From the NCBI GenBank assembly GCA_943787795.1, contig CALSNU010000002.1:384001-448000 (forward strand): a stretch of DNA of 64,000 nucleotides, written 5' to 3'. This DNA comes from an uncultured bacterium. Its GTDB lineage: Bacteria > Planctomycetota > UBA1135 > GCA-002686595. The notes under the pieces were generated by a model. The model ran no database searches. It saw nothing but the letters and a program-made list of their open reading frames with translations, and had not been told where the DNA came from. Below, one piece after another: positions 9,405 to 17,752 of the stretch. Within the stretch, counting starts at the first letter, position 1, and every line of letters begins with the position of its first letter. Position numbers and translations under genes: made by a program.

Positions 9405-10664
9405 ATGAAAGCAACCCGCAGCCACAGCCTGATCACCGCTCTCTCCGCGCTGACCCTCATCGCCGCCGGATGCGGTGGCGGGGGCTCGTCGAGCTCGGCC
9501 GTCAACCCCACGTCCTCGCTGAACGAGATCGACACCTCCGGTGAACCGGACGGCGTGGTCCCGCTTCCCGGGACCGTGGACGCTCGTATCCGGGCGGTCT
9601 TCGACAAGTACTCCAACCTCGACGCCCCCGGCGGCGAACGGATCCACTTCCTCGGGCAGCCGGGCGTCTCCGATGAACGCATGTTCCGGGTCAAGGCCAT
9701 CTTCGAGCAGCTGGTCACCGACGTTCCTGGGAGCGCCCTCGGCGCGGAGAAGGGCGACGTCTTCGATGCCGTGGCGGCACTGGACACCACGATCGTGGTG
9801 GTGGAGGGGCAGCAGGCCTTCGATGTCACCGACGCCCCCGTCGCCTCCTTTGTGGCCTTCTTCGACGGGCTCTACGCGAGCGTTGACTGCTCCAAGGTCG
9901 TTCAGGAGGGGAGCCCTGAGTACCTCAACCCCGACCCGGCGATCGACGGCACCCTCTCCGAGACCTCCGGGATCCTGCTCCGGTTCGGGCTCGGGGCGAC
10001 GATCCCCCAGTTCTCCGCAGCGCTCACCGCCGCTCGAACAGCGGCTGAGATCCAGGGGATCTACCAGCCCGAGTCGGCCCAGCCCCAGGGCCTCGCCGAC
10101 TCCAACTACCTCGGCCTGATCCTCTCGGTCTACTACGGAGTCTGGGCCCACGACCCGTCCAGCCAGGGCACCGCGGGGACCGCGGACGTCTACGACTTCT
10201 GCGACCGGGACGCCATGGCGGCTGGTGACCCCGACGCGATCGCGCTGATCGAGTCCTTCTTCTCGCCCCGTCAGAGCTTCCCTGCCTACCTCTCGACCTC
10301 CTTCAGCGGGACCTTCGAGATGCAGTTTGATCCGGCGATCGCCTACACACACCGCTCCCGCTACCTCGAGCGGGTTGGCTTCCGAGGCGCCGTGACCGGG
10401 CGCATCAACGGCAACGAATTCGACAACACCTTCCTGGGTGGAGACCTCGCAGATCAATTCGAGGGACGCGGCGGCAACGACAAGATCGAGGGCGACCTCG
10501 GGGCGGATGAGGCCTTCTTCAGCGGCCCCAGGGCCGAGTACACGATCGTCCCGCTGGACGCCACGGTGACCCGTGTGTCCGACACCGTCGCCGGCCGTGA
10601 CGGCGAGGATGACGTCCGGCAGATCACTCGCCTCCACTTCTCGGACATGATCATCGACCTCTGA
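9405..10664 (+). CDS. Lipoprotein with C-terminal RTX/hemolysin-type Ca-binding-like repeats
   Basis: Lipobox IAAG-C; C-terminal GNEFDNTFLGG, EGRGGNDKIEGDLGADEA, GRDGEDD. Confidence 0.7.
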   Translation: MKATRSHSLITALSALTLIAAGCGGGGSSSSAVNPTSSLNEIDTSGEPDGVVPLPGTVDARIRAVFDKYSNLDAPGGERIHFLGQPGVSDERMFRVKAIFEQLVTDVPGSALGAEKGDVFDAVAALDTTIVVVEGQQAFDVTDAPVASFVAFFDGLYASVDCSKVVQEGSPEYLNPDPAIDGTLSETSGILLRFGLGATIPQFSAALTAARTAAEIQGIYQPESAQPQGLADSNYLGLILSVYYGVWAHDPSSQGTAGTADVYDFCDRDAMAAGDPDAIALIESFFSPRQSFPAYLSTSFSGTFEMQFDPAIAYTHRSRYLERVGFRGAVTGRINGNEFDNTFLGGDLADQFEGRGGNDKIEGDLGADEAFFSGPRAEYTIVPLDATVTRVSDTVAGRDGEDDVRQITRLHFSDMIIDL

Positions 10665-10793
10665 GCTCACACACGGCTCCGAGCGACTCCATGCAGGGCC
10701 GCACGCCTCGATCTCGGGTGTGCGGCCCGCTTCGTTGGCAGTCGCCTCGGCCCCACCCTTCAACTGGGGCCTCCGATGTTCCATCATGCGGCC

Positions 10794-11576
10794 ATGCGGT
10801 TCGAACTTGGGGGGCGACGGGCGCTGGTCACAGGCGCGTCCGCCGGGATCGGGCTGGAGATCGCCCGCGAACTCGCCGCCCGCGGCGCTCACCTGACCCT
10901 GGCAGCTCGGCGCCTCGACCGGCTTGAGGCGCTGTCCCGTGAGCTTGAGGCCGCCCACGGCATCGAGGTCGACGTCCTCCCAGCCGACCTCGCCCACCCG
11001 GACGGCGCGCGAGAGCTCATCGCCGCGTGCAGCGACACCCCCGACATCGACGTACTCGTCAACAACGCCGGCGTCGGGATGCACGGCGACGGGGTCGGTC
11101 ACGCCTGGGAGAGCGAGCGGGGCATGATCCAGCTGAACGTCGTGGCCGTGGCCGAGCTCACCAAGCACTTCGCTGGCACCATGCGGGAGCGGGGCTGCGG
11201 CCGGATCCTCCAGGTCGCCTCGACGGCGTCGTTTCTGCCCTGCCCGGGCTACGCCGCCTACGGTGCGACCAAGGCCTTCGTCCTGCACCACGCCGAGGCA
11301 CTTGACGAGGAACTACGAGACTGCGACGTGCGAGTCCTGGCTCTGTGTCCGGGGAGCACGAACACCGACTTCTTCGAGATCTCCGGCAACGTCCGTGGCC
11401 GCGCGCAGGTCGCCACGAGCCTCGACCCCGTGGACGTCGCACGCCTTGGCGTGGACGCGATCCAGCGCGACCGGCGCGTCACCGTCCCTGGCCTCGCCAA
11501 CAAGCTCACCACCGCGGGGCTACGCCTGATCCCGCGCCGCCTGCAGGCCACGCTGGCCCGAATCGTCCTCGAGTGA
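10794..11576 (+). CDS. Short-chain dehydrogenase/reductase
   Basis: ALVTGASAGIG, LVNNAG, YGATK. Confidence 0.92.
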   Translation: MRFELGGRRALVTGASAGIGLEIARELAARGAHLTLAARRLDRLEALSRELEAAHGIEVDVLPADLAHPDGARELIAACSDTPDIDVLVNNAGVGMHGDGVGHAWESERGMIQLNVVAVAELTKHFAGTMRERGCGRILQVASTASFLPCPGYAAYGATKAFVLHHAEALDEELRDCDVRVLALCPGSTNTDFFEISGNVRGRAQVATSLDPVDVARLGVDAIQRDRRVTVPGLANKLTTAGLRLIPRRLQATLARIVLE

Positions 11577-11586
11577 CCCCATCACC

Positions 11587-12765
11587 ATGAACTGGAAAAC
11601 CCTCCCCGCCGTCCTCGCTGCAGCCACCGCACCGGCCTGCTCGCTCTTCCAGACCGCCCCCGCCGAGCCGGACTACGGGCGGCCCCTGGCGCCGGGCGCC
11701 GCCGCCCTGATCGAGCTCGGGCCGGACGAGCGCCGCCCCGACATGCGGGGCACCTGGACCTGGCCAGAGCGCGAGGAGCTCGTGCCCGCCCTCGAGCGTT
11801 CCATCAGCTGGACTCGCTCGAAGCACTCCGAACAGTTCTTCCCCATCGCGGGGATCACCCACGAGCGGGCCCTCGCGAGCCTCGAACGCTTCCGGGAGCT
11901 CCTGGACGAGGCTCGCAACGCCGACGAGTTCGCCGCCGCCTTCGAGGACGAGTTCGCGGTCTACAAGAGCGCCGGCTGGGACGGTCGAGGGGGTGGCGTC
12001 CTCTTCACCGGCTACTGCACGCCGCTGCTGCCGGGGAGCCTGGTCCGCACGGCCCGGTATCGTCACCCGCTCCACGCGCTGCCCCAAGACCTGGTCAAGG
12101 CCAAGGACGGCACGACCCTGGGTCAGGCCACGGCCGCGGGACTCCGCAGGTACCCCGATCGCAGGGCGATCCTCGCCGACGCCAGCTACCGTGACCTCGA
12201 GATCATCTGGCTCGCCGATCCGGTGGACGCCTACATCGCCCACGTGAACGGCTCCGCCTTCGTAGAGCTCGAAAACGGCGAGCTCGTCCGCTTCGGGTAC
12301 GCGGGAAAGAACGGGCGGCCCTACACCTCCCTCGGCAAGGAGCTCATCGCCGCGGGGCGCGTGGCGGCGGAGGACATGAACCTGGCGGCCATCCGCAGGT
12401 GGGCGGCCACCCACCCCAGCGAGGTGGAGTCCTTCCTCGCCCGCAACGAGTCCTACGTCTTCTTCACGCCCATCGAAGGGAACCCACGCGGGAGCCTGAA
12501 CCTCGAGGTAGCCACCGAGCGGACCATCGCCACGGACAAGACCCTCTTCCCGCGCGGCGCCCTCTGCTTCGTGGAGACGGCGCTGCCTGGTGCGGCTGGC
12601 GGGAGCCGGCCCTTCACCAAACTGATGCTCGACCAGGACACGGGTGGAGCCATTCGGACCGCCGGTAGAGCGGACCTGTACCTCGGCGTCGGGCCGCAGG
12701 CAGAGCAGCGCTCCGGCGCCACCAGCGCGACCGGCCAGCTGTACTACTTCTTCCTCCGCCAATGA
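11587..12765 (+). CDS. mltA: Membrane-bound lytic murein transglycosylase A (MltA + 3D domain), lipoprotein
   Basis: Lipobox APA-C; LFTGYCTP, YAGKNGRPYTSLG, NESYVFF, DQDTGGAI, RADLYLG. Confidence 0.88.
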   Translation: MNWKTLPAVLAAATAPACSLFQTAPAEPDYGRPLAPGAAALIELGPDERRPDMRGTWTWPEREELVPALERSISWTRSKHSEQFFPIAGITHERALASLERFRELLDEARNADEFAAAFEDEFAVYKSAGWDGRGGGVLFTGYCTPLLPGSLVRTARYRHPLHALPQDLVKAKDGTTLGQATAAGLRRYPDRRAILADASYRDLEIIWLADPVDAYIAHVNGSAFVELENGELVRFGYAGKNGRPYTSLGKELIAAGRVAAEDMNLAAIRRWAATHPSEVESFLARNESYVFFTPIEGNPRGSLNLEVATERTIATDKTLFPRGALCFVETALPGAAGGSRPFTKLMLDQDTGGAIRTAGRADLYLGVGPQAEQRSGATSATGQLYYFFLRQ

Positions 12766-13223
12766 GCCAGGCGGCCGAGATCGTCGCCGTCTGCGTGGGG
12801 CCAGGCGGCATCCCCAAGCCCCAGGTCGAGACCTGCGCCGTCACCGTCGAGGGGCTCGAGGGGGACGGACACCGTTACGAGAGTCACGGGGGGCCAGACC
12901 GGGCCGTCTGCCTTCTGGCGCTCGAGGTCTACGAAGCGCTCCGTGAGGACGGCGTGGCGTGCGACGAACCGGGGACCTTCGGCGAGAACGTCCTGACCCG
13001 TGGCCTCGACGATCGGGAGCTCGAGGCGGGCGACCGGCTCCGCTTCGGCGAGGGCCCGGTGGTTGAGATCCATGACATCCGCGCTCCCTGCCTGACGCTC
13101 AAGTCCGTCGACCCGCGCTTCCCCGAGCTGTTGGTGGGACGCAGCGGCTGGGTCTGCCGCGTCGTCGAGCCAGGGATTCTCCGGCGCGGCGCCACCATCG
13201 AGCACTTGCCGGCGAACGCCTAG
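12762..13223 (+). CDS. MOSC domain protein
   Basis: GLEGD, HGGPDRAV, FGENV, RAPC; ATGA overlap with mltA. Confidence 0.88.
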   Translation: MSQAAEIVAVCVGPGGIPKPQVETCAVTVEGLEGDGHRYESHGGPDRAVCLLALEVYEALREDGVACDEPGTFGENVLTRGLDDRELEAGDRLRFGEGPVVEIHDIRAPCLTLKSVDPRFPELLVGRSGWVCRVVEPGILRRGATIEHLPANA

Positions 13224-13295
13224 ATGCTGGCCCGGCCGCCCCTGATCGGGCAAGATCGGCCGCGCCGCTCCGCTCCACCCCTTCCACACCACCAG

Positions 13296-13538
13296 ATGTC
13301 CGAGTTCGAAGTCGTCTCCTACACCATCGAGCCCGTCGAGGGTGACGCCCAGATCGCGATCACGATCCATGCCTCGGACGGGAACAAGTGGGAGTACGGC
13401 GTGCCCTACAGCCCGGATACGGGCCGCTTCACATTCGAGGAGCTGGACGTGCTCGCGACCGACTTCGGCGAAGACTTCGCGGAGGAGCTCGAGGAGAAGC
13501 TCGAAGAAGCCGTCCGCAAGGTGATCGACGGGGACTGA
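13296..13538 (+). CDS. Small acidic hypothetical protein (80 aa)
   Basis: MSEFEVVSYTIEPVEGD...; typical GC3-rich codon usage. Confidence 0.7.
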   Translation: MSEFEVVSYTIEPVEGDAQIAITIHASDGNKWEYGVPYSPDTGRFTFEELDVLATDFGEDFAEELEEKLEEAVRKVIDGD

Positions 13539-13615
13539 GTCTTCAGCGGAGGCCCAGGGCTTCGGCGCGGACCGGGCCCTCAGCGCAGACCGGGCCTTGA
13601 TCCCGGGCCCGCATG

Positions 13616-14650
13616 TCAACGCCGTTCAGCGCCGTCGACGGTCTCCGGCTGGGACGCGCCACCCGGAGGATCCCCGGCCGAGTCTTCGGTCGAGCCTCCG
13701 GTCGAGTCTCCGGTCGAGCCTCCGGCAGAAGGCACCCTCACCCCCCCGATCAGGGCGGCCTCCGCTTCCGTGAGGTTGAGCCCCAGGGCGTGCTCGATGA
13801 TCGCCTCGGCATCGCCGTCGCGTCCCTCCAAGAGGAGCGCCGCGGCATACGCGGCGAGCGCCGGAACGTCGCCCGGGTCCGACTCCGCGGCCCTCGCCAG
13901 GTGAGCCATTCCATCCACCCGCCGCCCGCCGGCGAGCTCGGATTGGCCCGTGCGCCAGAGGGCCTCGGTGTGCTGGGGATAGGCACGGAGCAGCGGCGCG
14001 AGCCAGTCCGCGCACCTCGGGTCGCTGCCCAGGAGCCGCGCCGCCTCGAGGCGGCGCCCCAACGACGAGGCCGCCACGCTCTCTTCCCCGCGGAAGGCGG
14101 CCCCGAAGGCCTCAGCAGCGAGCTTCATCTGGCCCGTGCTGGCCCAGGCCACGCCCAGGCCGAACTGCGCGTCCCGGTCGCTCGGATCCAGCCCGACTCC
14201 CCGGACCAGGCGGTCGAGCCCCTGATCGAGATTGCCGTCCGCCACGTCCAGAGCGCCCAGCCTCGAGAGCGTCCTGGGCAGGTCTGGATCGGCAGCGAGC
14301 GCCGCCTCATAGTCCGCGCGCGCCGCCTCGGGGCGGCCCAGCTCCTCCCTCGCGCAGCCTCGCATCTCCAGCAGCTGCGGGTCCCCGGGCGTCCGAGCGA
14401 GAAGGTCATCGAGGCGCACAAGGGCGTCGTCGGGGCGCCCGGCCACGAGGGAGGCTCGGGCCGCCAGTCGGCCGGCCTCGAGATCCCGAAGACCCGAGTC
14501 GAAGTAGATCTGAGTCCAGAGCCCGGCCGCCTCGGACCACGACCCCACGCGCTCGTAAGCCTCGGCCCGGACGAGCCTCGGGTCGTCGACCTCCGTGGTC
14601 ACGCATGAGACGCACTGCAGAAGGCAGACGCCCGCCATCAGCGCGGGCAT
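13616..14650 (-). CDS. Tetratricopeptide-repeat protein, probable lipoprotein
   Basis: Signal ending CVSC; TPR-like helices (ARADYEAALAADPD, AQFGLGVAWASTG, ALWRTG). Start uncertain. Confidence 0.7.
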   Translation of the reverse strand: MPALMAGVCLLQCVSCVTTEVDDPRLVRAEAYERVGSWSEAAGLWTQIYFDSGLRDLEAGRLAARASLVAGRPDDALVRLDDLLARTPGDPQLLEMRGCAREELGRPEAARADYEAALAADPDLPRTLSRLGALDVADGNLDQGLDRLVRGVGLDPSDRDAQFGLGVAWASTGQMKLAAEAFGAAFRGEESVAASSLGRRLEAARLLGSDPRCADWLAPLLRAYPQHTEALWRTGQSELAGGRRVDGMAHLARAAESDPGDVPALAAYAAALLLEGRDGDAEAIIEHALGLNLTEAEAALIGGVRVPSAGGSTGDSTGGSTEDSAGDPPGGASQPETVDGAERR

Positions 14651-14683
14651 GATGCCCAGGCGCCCCCGGGCGCGCTCTCGAAG

Positions 14684-15436
14684 ATGACCAGAGCCCTCCT
14701 CCTCGACTTCGGCGGCACGCTCGCCATCGAACGTACCGGCCGCGCGGCGATCTACGCGGAAGCCGCTGCGCGACGAGGGGTCGAGGTGCGCCCTGCCGCG
14801 ATGGCCAGGTTGATGGCCGAGACTCACGCGACCCTCCCTGTCACGATTTCGACGGCGCAGGGAAGCGCCTTCAGATACAGCCGCGAGTGGTTCGAACGCT
14901 TCATCGAGGTCATCTTCGCCGAACGGCTCGGGCTGTCCAGCACAGACGTTGCTTGCGCCCAGGAGCAGCTCTTCTCTGTGTTCGAGGACGCCCGAACCTT
15001 CCGGCTCTTCCCGGGCGCCGCGGATCTGATCGAGCGCGCTCAGGCCAGCGGGTGGCGCGTCGGGGTGGTCTCCAACTGGAGCTACGCCCTGGAGCCCCTG
15101 CTCCATGACCTCGGTCTACGACCAGACACCGTCGCCTGCAGCGCCGTCGAGGGAGCAGAGAAGCCAGCCGAGGTCCTCTTCCGGCGGGCCCTGGAGCGGC
15201 TGCAAGCGAGCCCAGAGGGCTCGCTGCACGTCGGAGACTCCCGGGAGAACGACGTCCTGGGCGCCCGCTCTGCGGGTATCGAGCCCGTGTTCCTGACGCG
15301 GGCGGAGGCCCCGAAAGACCCCGGTGTCCGCTCGATCCGATGCCTGACCGAGCTACGGCTCCAAACCTCTCAGTCCGTCGTGATCGACCCGCCGGCTCCC
15401 GGAGACAGGAACTCCGGGTTGAGCTCGACCGAGTAG
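14684..15436 (+). CDS. HAD-superfamily hydrolase
   Basis: LLDFGGTL, VVSNW, EKP, HVGDSRENDVLGA. Confidence 0.88.
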   Translation: MTRALLLDFGGTLAIERTGRAAIYAEAAARRGVEVRPAAMARLMAETHATLPVTISTAQGSAFRYSREWFERFIEVIFAERLGLSSTDVACAQEQLFSVFEDARTFRLFPGAADLIERAQASGWRVGVVSNWSYALEPLLHDLGLRPDTVACSAVEGAEKPAEVLFRRALERLQASPEGSLHVGDSRENDVLGARSAGIEPVFLTRAEAPKDPGVRSIRCLTELRLQTSQSVVIDPPAPGDRNSGLSSTE

Positions 15437-17475
15437 ACGTCCGGCAACGCCAGCGTCGCATCGGGGGCCGCGTCGCCCTCGAGGGTCTGGAGCCCGTCGA
15501 ACCGGAGGAGCTGTCCGCTCGCGCGTTCAGCGACCCAGAGCGTGTCCCCATTCCAGGCAACATCGCCCGGGTCGTCGAGCTGGGTGCTGGGCCCGGCGAC
15601 CGTGGTCGCGACCGGGACGAGCCCGCTGGAGGTCCTGGCGGCCTCGATGACGTAGATCGCCCCGTCGCTCCCGCTCCCTGACGCTCCCCCCACGTCCGTG
15701 AGCACCAGCAGGTCTCGCTCTGCGTCGTGGACGATGCCGTGCAGGTCCGTCGAGACCTGCACCGCCCCGAGAGGGTCGCCAGGAGTGATCGTGCGATCCG
15801 GCAGGTCTCCGGGCACCGCGACGAAGTCCTCGTAGACGAAGACGGCGCCGCTGGAGCAGGCCACGTACAGGGTGTCGGACCCGAAGTCGTAGTCGAGCCC
15901 CTGGGGCACGTTGACCCCGGTGGAGAAGCCTGCAAGCAGGCGCCGCGTCGCGTTGGCGGCCGGGCCCGCGGTCTGGCCGAAGACCCAGATCCCCGGCAGC
16001 CCCACGTCCGCGATCAGCAGCAGGCCCTCCCGGTCGTCCACCTCGACCGCCACCGGCTGAACGATCGGGTCCGGGGGATCGAAGGGTCCAAGCACGTTCT
16101 GAACGAGCCGGTCCCGGGAGGGGTCAAAGGCCACATCCAGCGCCTCGCCCCGCTGCTTCGCGAAGCGATTGACCACCGCGACCCCGCCGGGATAGCCGAC
16201 GTAGGCGTCCCCGGCGACGTCGAGCGTGGCGAAGGTGATCGCCTGACCGACGTCGAAGGTCGCGACGGGAGGCGACTGGAGGTCGTCCGCCAGCCGGAAG
16301 AGGCTCCCGGTCCCCAGGGCAGGGCGGGTGGTCGCCACGAGGCCGGTGAGGGCCGTGGAAGGATCGTCCACGTCGCTCACGCCCGCGAGGCGGGGCGCAT
16401 CGATGGGCTCGATGACGATCCCGTTCGCGTTCTGGAGGGTGCTCACCAGGGCCGGGGTCGCCGCGAAGCGCGAAGGGGAGTCCAGAGGATTGAAGAGCGA
16501 GAGCCGGTCCGCGCTGGGATCGGCAACGCGCAGCCGACCGTCGGACGCGAGGACCAGGTCCGAGGGGTCCATGAGGCCGCTGGCGGGGTCGTTCATGACC
16601 AGCGCGGGGAGCGTCAGCCCGCTGGCCGTGGACGCGCCATCGATGAAGATCAGGGATCCGTCGACACCGGCGGCCTCTCCCTCGACGCCGATATCGCAGA
16701 CGATGAGCTGGTCGGCGAACCTGGCGGTGGTGTGGATGATCCCCCTCAGGCTCGTCCCCGAGGGGTCCACGCCGTTCTCCGAGGGGATGATGACGCGGCT
16801 AGGAGCCGCTGGCCTCGTCGCGAGGAAGTCGTCGAAGACCGCGATGGTGCCGTCCACGAGGGCGGCGTAGAGGCGGTCGGAGGGCTCGTCCAAGGCCACG
16901 TCCCACGCGGGGGCTGGGACGGCAGAGGTGAACGTGGGGGCCACATTCCCGGCTGCGGCGCTCCCCCAGACCTTGACCTCCGGGTCGCCTGCGTCCGCGA
17001 CGATCATGAACCCGGCGACCTGCGCCAGCTCCACCGCCTTCGGCTCCACGAGGGTCGTCTCGGAGGTCGCGCCGGGGTTGAACGGGTCGAACTTGAAGCC
17101 GAGGTCCCTGTCCCGGTCGAGGCGCAGGACGACGCTCTGGGTCGCCTGTGACCGGGCCCGCACGCGCCCGAGGATCCGCACCGTGGCAGGCAGGTCCGGC
17201 GTGTCAGAGGCCTGGAAGGCGTTCCCGAAGTAGTCGAGTACGAGGCCCTCATCAGCCTCACCGATGATGGAGAACGACCCCGACACGAAGTCCTTGTCCC
17301 CCCGCATGAGGGATCCCAGGAGGACCTGATCGCCCCCAAGTGTCACGAAGTCACGCTCGAAGCCGGCGTAGGTCGTCAGGGCCGCTCCGGAGTCCACCGG
17401 TGCGGGACCGCCGCCCCCACCACAAGCGGCGATGAGGGGCAGGGCGCAGAACGGGAGGAGAGGTGACTTTGCCAT
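15370..17475 (-). CDS. Large lipoprotein with two beta-propeller-like (NHL-like) repeat regions
   Basis: Lipobox LIAA-C-GGGGG; duplicated blocks WDVALDEPSDRLY...PSRVI and QGLDYDFGSDTLY...PDRTI. Confidence 0.7.
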   Translation of the reverse strand: MAKSPLLPFCALPLIAACGGGGGPAPVDSGAALTTYAGFERDFVTLGGDQVLLGSLMRGDKDFVSGSFSIIGEADEGLVLDYFGNAFQASDTPDLPATVRILGRVRARSQATQSVVLRLDRDRDLGFKFDPFNPGATSETTLVEPKAVELAQVAGFMIVADAGDPEVKVWGSAAAGNVAPTFTSAVPAPAWDVALDEPSDRLYAALVDGTIAVFDDFLATRPAAPSRVIIPSENGVDPSGTSLRGIIHTTARFADQLIVCDIGVEGEAAGVDGSLIFIDGASTASGLTLPALVMNDPASGLMDPSDLVLASDGRLRVADPSADRLSLFNPLDSPSRFAATPALVSTLQNANGIVIEPIDAPRLAGVSDVDDPSTALTGLVATTRPALGTGSLFRLADDLQSPPVATFDVGQAITFATLDVAGDAYVGYPGGVAVVNRFAKQRGEALDVAFDPSRDRLVQNVLGPFDPPDPIVQPVAVEVDDREGLLLIADVGLPGIWVFGQTAGPAANATRRLLAGFSTGVNVPQGLDYDFGSDTLYVACSSGAVFVYEDFVAVPGDLPDRTITPGDPLGAVQVSTDLHGIVHDAERDLLVLTDVGGASGSGSDGAIYVIEAARTSSGLVPVATTVAGPSTQLDDPGDVAWNGDTLWVAERASGQLLRFDGLQTLEGDAAPDATLALPDVYSVELNPEFLSPGAGGSITTD

Positions 17476-17752
17476 GGGGGGTCTGGGGCGCAGGCGGTCA
17501 GGGGATGGGGCCGTGATTCTGCAGGCCCCGTCCGCCCCGGTCGCGTGCCCCCGGGTCCCTTGAGCGAAGATTGATCGACGTCTAACCGCCCCCACACGGC
17601 GCAGGCTGCGGCGCGGCCCCTCGGGCTCCGCCCCACGACGAATCGAGAACCTCCCATGGGTGATAGATCGGTCTCGCGGGATCTGGTCTACTTGGGAAGT
17701 TTGGCCGACTCGGCTGAACACCGCGCCCCCCACCTCAGCCCCCAATCGCGCG

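Noticed and set aside
15370..15436. 67-bp convergent overlap of the HAD and lipoprotein genes
   Set aside because: Stop-codon scarcity at high GC commonly extends 3' ends; no sign of function
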